Counted from the stretch's first letter, positions 51,584 through 63,958 are shown. The stretch: DNA of 64,000 nucleotides from Haliotis rufescens (GCF_023055435.1 NW_025964346.1:2418001-2482000); one strand, 5' to 3'. The notes: generated by a model from the sequence alone, not told the origin. Made by a program: numbers and translations.

Positions 51584-54500
51584 CTAGGTGCGAAACATGC
51601 CGAGGTATGTTCTGTGTGGAGATGTGTCCAGGTTGGCCCCGATGTTGGACACCAGCATGATCCTAGTGACGTCACGGATGTTGACGTGAGACTGGAGGAA
51701 GGTGGCCCGGCAGGGGTAGGTACCCGGCGCCGACTGACTGGCCTGGGTGTCCTGCGCCGCAGTGATGGCTTGACCAGATGCGTCCAGCAACACCACACTG
51801 GTGGTCACTACCCGGTCAGTCGACTCGTCCTTGCACGCAATCTAGAGTGAAGGGAAAACGGAACAGTAAAACACGTCAACCTGGATGTAAACTGAATCTC
51901 GCAGGACTTCATGGATCTGCTACTCATCACATTACCCAAATACAAGGACGTCCAGATCCTGAAGCTACTGCCAGTCTCTGGTGTTCGGGCAACTATGACG
52001 TCAACACTGTGACATGCAAACGTTTAGATCTCAGTAACCGCTCATTTTTGGACGTGACAGGAATCTGGAACATGTAATCTTTTTTAATCATACGCGAGGA
52101 ATTATGCGCTTTTAGAAGGAATGACCACACTACATTACTATACAAACAACCCGCATCGATAATGAATGACGTATATAGGCATTTGAAATAAACACTTGTC
52201 TTTCTGAACAGACCTTGTGATATGACGGGGGTGATACACGGGCATTCATCAATACTACCCTTGCGTAGATGAGATAAAATCCTGGGTGTCTGATCACCAC
52301 CGAGCCGTCGGGGGCAAGGTCCACGGAGTTCAAGAAGTTGATTTCTGTGTTGTAGCGCCAGTGCAGTCCAGGATTGTTGCCTGTAAGCCAATTGAAAAAA
52401 ATTACATAACAAACAAATAGTTGTTTCCTGACATGAATAGGACAAAAATATTATATATTGTGCACACGAGATACTGAATATTGCTGGGTGCGGCGTTGAA
52501 CAATAAAGAAAGAAACAAACAAACTGATGCCACGACTTCAAACGTGTTCTGCTGATATGTTACACACAACGGTAGGCCACATGTCGTCCTATTGGCTGGC
52601 GAAGTCTCGTGATAACTTGGGCGTTTAATAATTGTAAACTATGAGCGCACTGGTACGCAGCGGGTATGTGGTGTATATATACCAACGACAAAAAGTAACA
52701 AAAAGTAACAGGTGGTCAAAAAACACCTTGGTTTAACCGTATAATAACGCTCACGCAATGCCACGACTTGCTGAAAACCCATGTGTACACGCCGTTGTAT
52801 ATGCTGCAACAGGGAATAGGACGACCACAACACACCAGAGGTTTTAGTGTTCATCGAAACACTTTCATTCATTGGAGTCGTTATCTACAGCAGGGCAACA
52901 CTCATGACTTGCTACGGAACGGTCATCCGCGTGTGAGTTTACGTCAGCAAGACAACTATCTACGGAATCGATCATCTGTTACATGAACAACAACTCCTGG
53001 TTTGAGGTGTGGTGCTGTGGCAGAACCGTACGCCAACAGTTGAGGGAGCACAACATCCAGCCTCCACATCCAGCGACACGCCAAATGTTGCTTCCACGTC
53101 ACCGACAAGCAAGTCTAGTTACGTGTAGACAGCATCTGAGGTTCAGAAGACAACACCGGGACAACATACTGATCACTGATGACGTCGTCAGTTTGGGTGT
53201 CGAGATATAATGTAAAAAATGTCATCATAATTCAAGGGAGAGCACAACTCAATATTGTTAATGTCTTTGAATGGCCTACGCATCTCGGACGACATCGTTA
53301 GAGATCATGTTCTACCCTTTAGCGCTTCCATAGTTTCCAGCTTTGAACACTAATATGTACGTTTGCAGAACATAACGGAAAATAAGCACAACGTCTGTTA
53401 TGAGTTGGGTTTCACTCCTCCGCCAGCGTTGCTCCAACAACGTCACGGCTGGGACCTAATACACAGTATCCATGCGGGAGTCGAACCCGAGTGTTCCGCC
53501 TGACGAGTGAACCACTAGACCACCCCGTGACTACTTTTAAACACATTTCTTACCATTTGGACGCCCTGACAATATAAGTTGATCTTTCCCTAATTTACAA
53601 GCATTGCATGTTCATAGCACAAGCAGGCTGTCACACCATCCCAACGTCCACCCTCATCACGTGACTTCACACCTCAACATGCACACAGCACAAGCACACC
53701 GTCACACCAAGCACACCGTCACACCATCCACCCCTGTGTCGAGCAGCGAGTGATACAGTACCGTCTGGAGTATGGTGAAGGGCAGGTGCGAGATGACAAG
53801 CTGGTTTGAGAGAAGATTCACTCCGGCTCGCAAGTCGATGTAGCATTTCAATCTCTAGAAAAAGAAACATAACAAACCGGATGTGAATCATAGTCCACAG
53901 CTAATGCAATCAAGGTGAAGCCAGCGCTGACAGGTGATTTCCATATACAGATACTGGCAAGGTGCATGCGGAAGTATGGCGACAGGCCCTGTGTAGAGCA
54001 GCCTTTGTAATTCAGCAGACGGAATTCAAATTAAGGTATAGTTTTTCAGCAAAATCAGTAAATACACTATGGTGTTCCTAGATTTTCTAGTCAAACGATC
54101 ACTTGATTGCATGGTTTGTTTACGTCGCATGACAGGAGTTCTGCTGCGATGCGTCAGGCAATAAATACTGACTTTTAATGCAAATCTTGTGAACAGCGGT
54201 TGCCACCGGTAGGGCAGGATGTGCTTAGTCTTTTCGCGAACACCTGGTGTCATCACTCATTTTCTGTGGTCCTTTCATATAGTTTTCAGTTATTCTTGCC
54301 CTTGGCGCCAAATAGAATCTGTTTCCCCGGAAAATTAAGGAATACACCAAATACACCAGGGGCTGTGAATGATGCAAACGTAACTGCAGAAACTGTTGTT
54401 AAATACCATGGTGAAGACATGGCATGGATTACCATGTCGGTCATTGGTATTGTGTTTTCTGCAGTACATACCTGAAGGGTGTACGGCCCCTGACTATTTG

Positions 54501-55545
54501 TCATAATCATTTGTATCTTGTTAACAGTAAGTTCGTTTTGTAGGTTTGAACATTGGCAGCAAAACACTGAGCTTTTCCGACGCCCTGGTTCGTTTTGGAA
54601 ACGTTAGAACCAAATGTTCACAGAAAAAACGTTTCCGGAATCATACAAATTCACGTGAATGAAACGTTTTCAAAAGCATTTCTGGGATATTTAACAAAAA
54701 CATTTTAGAAATGTTATAATCAAATGTTCACAGTTAATGTTAATGGTTATAGAACCATACACAATAAAATGGTTATGGAACCATACACAATATAACATTT
54801 TTTAAAAGCATTTCTGGAATATTTTAGAAAAAAATATTTGAAACGTTATGACCAAATGTTTCCGGAAAGTGTTTCTTAAACGTTTCTGGAACCATTCAAA
54901 ATCACGTGAATAAAACATTTTTTAAAACATCTTCGGAACATTTCGTGAAATGTTTCGGGATGTTTTATAACATTTCCGTGGCTATTCTCGTGCTTTGACG
55001 TTCTATATTACCTCGCTCGCTTGTCACCAGGTCGGCATCAGCATGTTGGATGGCCTGTAATATAGGGTCAAGGTTCAAATATACAAAACAATTGTCAAGG
55101 AAATAACACAACATTACAATTTGGTTTCGCATGCCACGCATTATGTCTTGTGATCAAACAAACCACATGGAAATAGATCTATGTAAGGCTGCAGCCGTCT
55201 TGTCGTGTGTCCAAGTTCATATGTTATCAATTAATAGTTATATACATGCAGAGTAATGTTCATCTACAAACACAGTCACTCAGAAATAGGTTCATGGATG
55301 TTTGGTGTGAAACGGAATAAACGTCTCAACTGTATGTTTGTTGTTATTTTATCCAAAAGAATCCCTGATGCCCTCAAGTGAAATATGTGATGAGATATAC
55401 AAACTTGTTTGACATCGTGTTCGACGTCCGGATTATTCTGCCCGCCTCCGGCACCAACGTTCATCACCACACCCACCAGTGCGCCTAGCAGGATGATGTT
55501 CCAAGACACCGCCATGACAGCGACAACCTTCATGCTTGGAGTCAT
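51584..55545 (-). CDS. TNF superfamily ligand (TNF-3), type II membrane protein, ~218 aa, 5 coding exons
   Basis: complement(join(51584..51841,52259..52380,53762..53854,55012..55054,55405..55545)), canonical AG/GT and phases 0,1,1,0. TM VVAVMAVSWNIILLGALVGVVM; THD motifs KPACHL, LHW, GSVVIRHPGFYLIYAR, TYLGMFRT*. Start uncertain: ATG at 55545 or 55575, or an upstream exon spliced to the acceptor at 55567. Confidence 0.85.
52750..53340 (+). mobile_element. Tc1/mariner transposase relic
   Basis: RNGHPRVSLRQQD, CGRTVRQQLREHNI and ILITDD resemble the Tc1 HTH linker and first catalytic Asp region; heavily decayed. Confidence 0.6.
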
Positions 55546-56649
55546 GAATACAGACGGGTTCTGGCTCTGCAACATGCAGCAAGGTTTACCTCACATTTTC
55601 GTAGGAAAATAGATATGAATAGAAACATATACCCACAATAGCTCTCAGTAAATATAGTCATAATGGTTTTCAGTAAATAGTATCTGAAGAGGCGAACCAG
55701 GATTCGAGCCCACAATCATTGGTTTCTGCGTGCCCAAGGGACGCAACTCTGCACAGCGAATTGCGGTGAAGTAAACGACTAGGTCACCCGTGCCCCCGTA
55801 TTCTCAAGAAATGTGAAACGGAGATCATATCTTAATTCAACACTGAATGAAAACCTAACACCGCCCTGACTCCCCTTCACACGAAATGACTACAAACAAC
55901 CATACATTGTGAAGTGGCCACAACCATACATAGCGCAGCGGTTAGATAGACCCGTCAGCAACTGTATGTCCACGACATGCCCCAGGTAAACCACGTCCGA
56001 TATATTATTACAATAGCCGACCACAGAGTGATATGACAACAGGCAGTATTTCACCACACACTTCCCTGGTGGGGCAAAAAGCTGCCCACTGCATATTTGT
56101 CACCTTGTAGTAGATCAATGAAAGACTTCATGCAAACCTTTGTTCTGTAGTCAATAATTCTCCGCACATTTCATCATCAGTAGATCGTCCCAGAAACCTG
56201 CACGATAACGTATCTGGATACTGAAGGTATAATTGTTCTAAAATTAGACACACGTAACATTCTCAAAGAGAGCTAAAAATAGAACCACGTCACTGACTCC
56301 TTGTGACTCCCACAGCCTCGACATGTGTTTAAACATGACCAAGACTCCACGTCACAGCTATGAAAGACACGTGACATTGTATGATCCAACTATACGCATT
56401 CGCCAAGCAGGACAGGAGCCTTGTTGATCTGTTGTATGTGTACAGATGTGTGACGTCATCAGTTGTGAGTTCAGGGCGTTAGGGTTGTGTTCCTCACTAC
56501 TCTGATGACGAGGAAACTGAAACATGTCGGCTTTAGAGTCATCAGGTAGCGCAACAGAGATCTGATCTACATCTGATCTGAAATTACAACATGATTGACA
56601 TGATCTCCCGCCCTACTCTGTTGATAGAAAGCTCATTTTTAAGCGATTC

Positions 56650-58728
56650 AGTCTGGGCATCTGGTGTCTCATTGTCTGGGCACCTGGTGTCTCATTGTCT
56701 GGGCACCTGGTGTCTCATTGTCTAGGCACCTGATGTCTCATTGTCTGGGCACCTGGTGTCTCATTGCCTAATGTAGCTGGTGTCTCATTGTCTGGGCACC
56801 TGGTGTCTCATTTTCTAGACACCTGATGTCTCATTGTCTAGGCACCTGATGTCTCATTGTCTAGGCACCTGATGTCTCATTGTCTGGGCACCTGGTGTCT
56901 CATTGTCTGGGCACCTGGTGTCTCATTGTCTAGACACCTGATGTCTCATTGTCTAGGCACCTGGTGTCTCATTGTCTAGGCACCTGATGTCTCATTGTCT
57001 GGGCACCTGGTGTCTCATTGTCTGGGCACCTGGTGTCTCATTGTCTAGACACCTGATGTCTCATTGTCTGGGCACCTGGTGTCTCATTGCCTAATGTACC
57101 TGGTGTGTCATTGTCTGGGCACCTGGTGTCTCATTGTCTAGACACCTGATGTCTCATTGTCTAGGCACCTGATATCTCATTGTCTGGGCACCTGATGTCT
57201 CATTGTCTGGGCACCTGGTGTCTCATTGTCTGGGCACCTGATGTCTCATTGTCTAGACACCTGGTGTCTCATTGTCTAGGCACCTGATGTCTCATTGTCT
57301 AGGCACCTGGTGTCTCATTGTCTGGGCACCTGGTGTCTCATTGTCTGGGCTCCTGGTGTCTCATTGTCTGGGCACCTGGTGTCTCATTGTCTAGGCACTT
57401 GGTGTCTCATTGTCTAGGCACTTGGTGTCTCATTGTCTAGGCACCTGGTGTCTCATTGTCTGGGCACCTGGTGTCTCATTGCTTAAGGCACCTGGTGTCT
57501 CATTGTCTGGGCACCTGGTGTCTCATTGTCTAGGGCACCTGGTGTCTCATTGTCTGGGCACCTGGCGTCTCATTGTCTAGGCACCTGGTGTCTCATTGCC
57601 TAAGGCACTTGGTGTCTCATTGTCTGGGCACCTGGTGTCTCATTGCCTGGGCGCCTGGTGTCTCATTGCCTGGGCACCTGGTGTCTCATTGTCTGGGCAA
57701 CTGTTGTCTCATTGTCTAGGCACCTGATGTCTCATTGTCTAGGCACCTGGTGTCTCATTGTCTGGGCACCTGGTGTCTCATTGTCTGGGCTCCTGGTGTC
57801 TCATTGTCTGGGCACCTGGTGTCTCATTGTCTAGGCACTTGGTGTCTCATTGTCTAGGCACTTGGTGTCTCATTGTCTAGGCACCTGGTGTCTCATTGTC
57901 TGGGCACCTGGTGTCTCATTGCTTAAGGCACCTGGTGTCTCATTGTCTGGGCACCTGGTGTCTCATTGTCTGGGCACCTTGTGTCTCATTGTCTGGGCAC
58001 CTGGTGTCTCATTGTCTGGGCACCTGGTGTCTCATTGTCTAGGGCACCTGGTGTCTCATTGTCTGGGCACCTGGCGTCTCATTGTCTAGGCACCTGGTGT
58101 CTCATTGCCTAAGGCACTTGGTGTCTCATTGTCTGGGCACCTGGTGTCTCATTGCCTGGGCACCTGGTGTCTCATTGCCTGGGCACCTGGTGTCTCATTG
58201 CCTGGGCAACTGTTGTCTCATTGTCTAGGCACCTGGTGTATCATTGCCTAAGGCACTTGGTGTCTCATTGTCTGGGCACCTGGTGTCTCATTGTCTGGGC
58301 ACTTGGTGTCTCATTGTCTGGGCACCTGGTGTCTCATTGTCACGGCACCTGGTGTCTCATTGCCTAAGGCACCTGGTGTCTCATTGTCTGGGCACCTGGT
58401 GTCTCATTGCCAAAGGCACTTGGTGTCTCATTGTCTGGGCACCTGGTGTCTCATTGTCTGGGCACCTGGTGTCTCATTGTCTGCGCACCTGGTGTCTAAT
58501 TGCCTGCGCACCTGGTGTCTAATTGCTTAAGGCACCTGGTGTCTAATTGCCTGCGCACCTGGTGTTTCATTGCCTAGGCCTCTGGGGCCTCTTTAACTGC
58601 GCACCTGGTGTCTCATTGCCTAGGCACCTGGTGTTTCATTGCCTAGGCGCCTGTTGTCTCATTGTCTGCGCACCTGTTTTCTAATTGCCTAGGCACCTGG
58701 TGTCTCATTGTCTGCGCACCTTGTGTCT
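56650..58728. repeat. 23-bp satellite (GGGCACCTGGTGTCTCATTGTCT) x~90
   Basis: Period 23, about 2.1 kb, between the TNF-4 3' end and the TNF-3 5' end. Confidence 0.97.
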
Positions 58729-59099
58729 CGAATGTACAGTTCTGACACTGTCGTCATGGTTCTAAATTATACGTCATGGTTCTAAATTATACAGACATTA
58801 CATTGTGTTTGTCATTACAATGCAATCTCGTTTCCGTGTCCTCCATAGCCTGACCGGCAACAAAAAGTATTCACTTGAAAATTTGATTTGACCGAACAAT
58901 AAAAGAAAGATTGAGGTATGAATCGAAAACCGATGTGGCAACTTTAATACACAAAGTTAATTGACAGACGATTTGTTTCGCTGAAAGAAAACATTCATAC
59001 ACAACTTACGACGGATGATTGATATCTTATTTTTATTTTTCGTTTAACAAAAATAATGAAGAAATTCAACAACAATATTGTAAAACATGTTCCCACGCG

Positions 59100-62000
59100 C
59101 TACACCAGGTAGGCCTCCAGGTAGTTGTACCTGGGTTGCAGCACAAGACCACACGGCTTGGTGACCCTCACAAACACCTGGTCACCCCCCTCCATCTGGA
59201 ACACCCCCTGGGCGCTGCTGGGGACGTTGCAGACTTTGTCAGCATCCCCGCACTGGGACGACTTGTTCTCCAGCAGCAGCATCTCCTGACCGCCTCGCCG
59301 TCGGTACACCTGCAGCAACAGCACAGACTCCTTCGTCGCCGCACTCGCCTTCGTGTCGGCGAACACCACTTTAGAGTTGACGTAGTACAAGCCTGCACGT
59401 GCAAACTGTATGTGTGTCCCCGGGGAGGTCAAGGTCAGGTGCCCGTTAATCAGAGCATCCTCTCCACTCCACTTCAGGAGCTGGTTCTCACCCTCTGCGG
59501 GGGAAAGACTTGTGTTACGTTAATATAGCACAGCTAAAGGAACATATAACTCACTGTTATTTAGAAATGTTTCCGTCGAATGTTTGCGAGTGAATACTTT
59601 ACATGATACCCTCTTCACAAAATAGCATACATCTTCACCGTGATCTGTTGATCACCTGACTACCACTGACGTTACAGTGTGAATACTGTTCACAATATTC
59701 CAGGTATATGATGACAAAGTGTAGATAATCCAGACTGGCCCGGTCAAACCAGTGAGCAACATATACGATAACCCGATCAACAAACAGAGCCTGAACTCTT
59801 ACAACAAGCCATGGCGTGCAGGGAGTTTACCCTACTCCATCAGGGACTGCATAGCGTGGTGCTGCATAGTGTGGTGCTACATAGCGTGGTGCTACACAGT
59901 GTGGTGCTACATAGTGTGGTGCTACATAGCGTGGTGCTACACAGTGTGGTGCTACATAGCGTGGTGCTACATAGCGTGGTGCTACATAGTGTGGTGCTAC
60001 ATAGTGTGGTGCTACATATTGTGGTGCTACACAGTGTGGTGCTACATAGTGTGGTGCTACATAGTGTGGTGCTACATAGTGTGGTGCTACACAGTGTGGT
60101 GCTACATAGCGTGGTGCTACATAGTGTGGTGCTACATAGCGTGGTGCTACATAGTGTGGTGCTACACAGTGTGGTGCTACATAGTGTGGTGCTACACAGT
60201 GTGGTGCTACATAGTGTGGTGCTACATAGTGTGGTGCTACATAGCGTGGTGCTACATAGTGTGGTGCTACATAGTGTGGTGCTACATAGTGTGGTGCTAC
60301 ATAGTGTGGTGCTACATATTGTGGTGCTACATAGTGTGGTGCTACATAGTGTGGTGCTACATAGTGTGGTGCTACATAGTGTGGTGTGGTGCTACATAGT
60401 GTGGTGCTACATAGTGTGGTGCTACATAGTGTGGTGCTACAAAGTGTGGTGCTACATAGTGTGGTGCTACATAGTGTGGTGCTACATAGTGTGGTGCTAC
60501 AAAGTGTGGTGCTACATAGTGTGGTGCTACATAGTGTGGTGCTACATAGTGTGGTGCTACATAGTGTGGTGCTACACAGTGTGGTGCTACACAGTGTGGT
60601 GCTACATAGTGTGGTGCTACATAGTGTGGTGCTACACAGTGTGGTGCTACATAGTGTGGTGCTACATAGTGTGGTGCTACATAGTGTGGTGCTACACAGT
60701 GTTGTGCTACATAGTGTGGTGCTACATAGTGTGGTGTGGTGCTACATAGTGTGGTGCTACATAGCGTGGTGCTACATAGCGTGGTACTACATAGCGTGGT
60801 GCTACATAGTGTGGTGCTACATAGCGTGGTACTACATAGCGTGGTGCTACATAGTGTGGTGCTACATAGCGTGGTGCTACATAGTGTGGTGCTACATAGT
60901 GTGGTGCTACATAGTGTGGTGCTACATAGTGTGGTACTACATAGCGTGGTGCTACATAGTGTGGTGCTACATAGTGTGGTGCTACATATTGTGGTGCTAC
61001 ATAGTGTGGTACTACATAGCGTGGTGCTACATAGTGTGGTGCTACATAGTGTGGTGCTACATAGTGTGGTGCTACATAGTGTGGTGTGGTGCTACATAGT
61101 GTGGTGCTACATAGTTTGGTGCTACATAGTGTGGTGCTACATAGCGTGGTGCTACATAGTGTGGTGCTACATAGTGTGGTACTACATAGTGTGGTGCTAC
61201 ATAGTGTGGTGCTACATAGTGTGGCGCTACATAGTGTGGTGCTACATAGTGTGGTGCTACATAGTGTGGTGCTACATAGTGTGGTGCTACATAGTGTGGT
61301 GCTACATAGTGTGGTGTGGTGCTACATAGTGTGGTGCTACATAGCGTGGTGCTACATAGCGTGGTGCTACACAGTGTGGTGCTACATAGTGTGGTGCTAC
61401 ATAGTGTGGTGCTACATAGTGTGGTGCTACATATTGTGGTGCTACATATTGTGGTGCTACATAGTGTGGTGCTACATAGTGTGGTGCTACATAGTGTGGT
61501 GCTACATATTGTGGTGCTACATATTGTGGTGCTACACAGTGTGGTGCTACATAGTGTGGTGCTACATAGCGTGGTGCTACATAGCGTGGTGCTACACAGT
61601 GTGGTGCTACATAGTGTGGTGCTACATAGTGTGGTGCTACATAGTGTGGTGCTACATATTGTGGTGCTACACAGTGCACTGAATGTTTGCAGCTGGTGAC
61701 TTACTTGCTTTAGAGTTGTTGTCTTGAAGGTCAAGGTCGACATGGACAGCGGTTCTCTTCGGCATGTTCTTGTATCTCTCTGCTGATGCTGTGGAAACAA
61801 TATAAACAGAAGTAAAATAAAAACGTCACAAATAATTAACACAATAACTATCAGTCTGATCAAACACAGAACACATTACTTCCTGTGTATAATGACTGCA
61901 GCATTATAACTTTCTGTTCTATTTCTGGTCTCGTACGAGTCACTAAAGTTATTTCCTTATCGCGACCTCAGTACAAACAGATCCCTTATCACCCTGCATC

Positions 62001-63958
62001 GTAACCTCTGTAAGTATCTTATAATAAATCATTCACACGCAGCCGCGGTTACCGTATCCCTGTGCTGCTCCCATTAACGCTGTTCATATCGACTTGTCAC
62101 TGTGTGTCGCGACATAACATAGTAGAGTTTACATTAAGGAAAAGATAGCAGGTCCTACCACACCCCCTATCATTTTCCCCCTGAGGTCTATCCGTGAGTG
62201 AGTATGGTTTTACGCCGCTTTCAGCAATATCACAGCGGAGGACACTAGAAATGGGCTTCACACATTGTACCCATGTCGGGAATCGAACCCTGGTCTTCGG
62301 CGTGATGAGCGAACGCTTTAACAACTAGGCTACCCGACCGCCCCTCTACCCGTGAAGATCCGGGTAGAGTAGGTCTTCAACAACCCATGCTTGCCGTAAA
62401 GGGCGACAATGCTTATCGTAAGATGTCATCGTATCTCAATATGCGTGGATCCATGCTCATGATATCAAAGTAGAGCCCACAACAGTTCTGAGTCACGTGA
62501 TTGGATTTGAACAACGGACCGTCTGATCACAGGTCGGACGCCTTGTCCACGTGACCAAAGAGTTTAACCCCGTCAGCAAGATGACAAGATCATCTGTGGG
62601 ATGACTCCACGTCCTGCTACAATATTAATTACAGGATTGTCTGGTCCAGACTCGATTATTTACAGACAGCCGTCATATAGATGAAATATTGGTGAGTGCG
62701 GCGTTAAACAACAAACACACAAACAAACACACAGACATAGAAGGAAGTGATGGAGAAACTTGGGCCTACCCTTTGCATGGTCATGCTTGTAACGCTTCAG
62801 GACGTACTGAAACACAGAGAACACGTTCATTAGCCACAACATGACGTCAAGATGTGTCACACAAAGCGTACTAGAGACACCTTCAATCTAATTGTTTACT
62901 TGTGTATTTTCCTGAATAAGGGGGGATTTTGTTTGTTTTTTGTTTACCGCCCCTCTCAGCAATATTCCAGCTATATGACGGCGGTCGGGAAATAATCGAG
63001 TTGGGGCCAAAAAATCCAGTGACTGACATCATGAGCATCGATCCATGCATATGGGATACGATGACATGCATCAATGAAGTCAGCGAGCCTCGCCACCAGA
63101 ACGAGTTCGTCCCCTCTTACGACAAGCATAATCGCCATTTACAGCAAGCATGGTTTGCTTAAGACCTGTTATACCCCGGATATTCTCGGGTAGAGTGACG
63201 GGGTGAGGCGGGTTACAAAGTCAGGCTGGATAATTACATGACAACGAGGACACAATCGCAGGGTATCTTAAATAGGTTTTCTGGGTCCACACCAATTCCA
63301 GAGGGGGAATTATGTCAGAGCGAATATACATTGTACCCCCGGGCGGGTCACTACACAGAACTACAATCACCTTCTGTATGAGAAGCGTGTGGTTCTTGGA
63401 GCAGCACAAGTCTCCCTCCTTGATGTCGAACTTGTAAATGTTATCACGTCTGTCATCATCAGTAAGATACACATCCATACACTTCAGACAGTTGTCGTCA
63501 CTAGGAGCTGACAGTGGCTTGTCATGCTTGACTGCACACCCCACAACAAGTATCGTGATCAAAAGTAACACATCCAATATTGAAAATATGGCAACAACTT
63601 TCTTCCAAAACGGATCTTGTAAAGATGTAGTTTTGTAGCTTTTCTCCCCCTGACTCTCTGGAATGGAAACATCATTTGACGTGTCGTCTTCTGTTTGTCT
63701 GAGTGGTACAATAACAGTGTACACATTATTTGCATCGTTACCCACGACCTGATTGTAGCTGGGAAGGTCGTCTTGTACGTCTCGTGTCTGTGGCAACTTA
63801 GATTTATCAATCAGAGGTTCTTCATCAGGTGGAGCTGTCTTACATGTAATCACTGCCTCGAGAGGAATTGTCTTGTCACGAACACCCGGTGCCGGATTCA
63901 GCGCTACTGGTGGCTGTGCGTCAGCGTTCACCCTGTGGATGTGACCGTTGTCCTTCAT
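59100..63958 (-). CDS. TNF superfamily ligand (TNF-4) with long cytoplasmic domain and Cys-rich stalk, ~367 aa, 4 coding exons
   Basis: complement(join(59100..59494,61705..61788,62770..62806,63371..63958)), canonical AG/GT and phases 0,1,1. About 120-aa cytoplasmic N-terminus, TM VVAIFSILDVLLLITILVVGCAV, stalk CLKC...LCC, THD motifs RTAVHV, LKW, ARAGLYYVNSKVVF, AQGVFQMEGGDQVFV, NYLEAYLV*. The start is only 42 nt from the window edge, so an upstream extension cannot be excluded. Confidence 0.88.
59850..61677. repeat. 15-bp satellite (CATAGTGTGGTGCTA) x~120
   Basis: Fills most of the last intron of TNF-4; explains the VVLHS, WCYIV and APHYV ORFs. Confidence 0.97.
62198..62344 (-). mobile_element. 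tRNA-derived SINE family B
   Basis: Family B body with imperfect TSD TCTATCCGTGA (62187) / TCTACCCGTGA (62345). Confidence 0.85.
62348..62722 (+). mobile_element. SINE family A with internal deletion and unrelated insert (~62468-62632)
   Basis: Head ACCCGTGAAGATCCGGGTAG; the 3' part resumes at GGATTGTCTGGTCCAGACTCG. Confidence 0.8.
62929..63191 (-). mobile_element. SINE family A
   Basis: Full-length reverse-complement copy in TNF-4 intron 1. Confidence 0.85.

Noticed and set aside
56104-56197. Candidate upstream coding exon for TNF-3 (..CMKSFIDLLQ|GTGAC)
   Set aside because: It ends in phase 1 while the TM exon acceptor is phase 0. It could be a 5' UTR exon but cannot be supported as coding.
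56501-56540. CTGATGA...GAAACATGTC hammerhead-like core
   Set aside because: Stem II is at most 2 bp with a mismatched closing pair and there is no convincing stem I; likely chance or fully decayed.
59752-61863. Long ORFs with VVLHS, WCYIV, APHYV and CSTTL repeats
   Set aside because: Translations of the 15-bp satellite inside a TNF-4 intron. The real exon at 61705-61788 is read in a different frame from the listed ORF.
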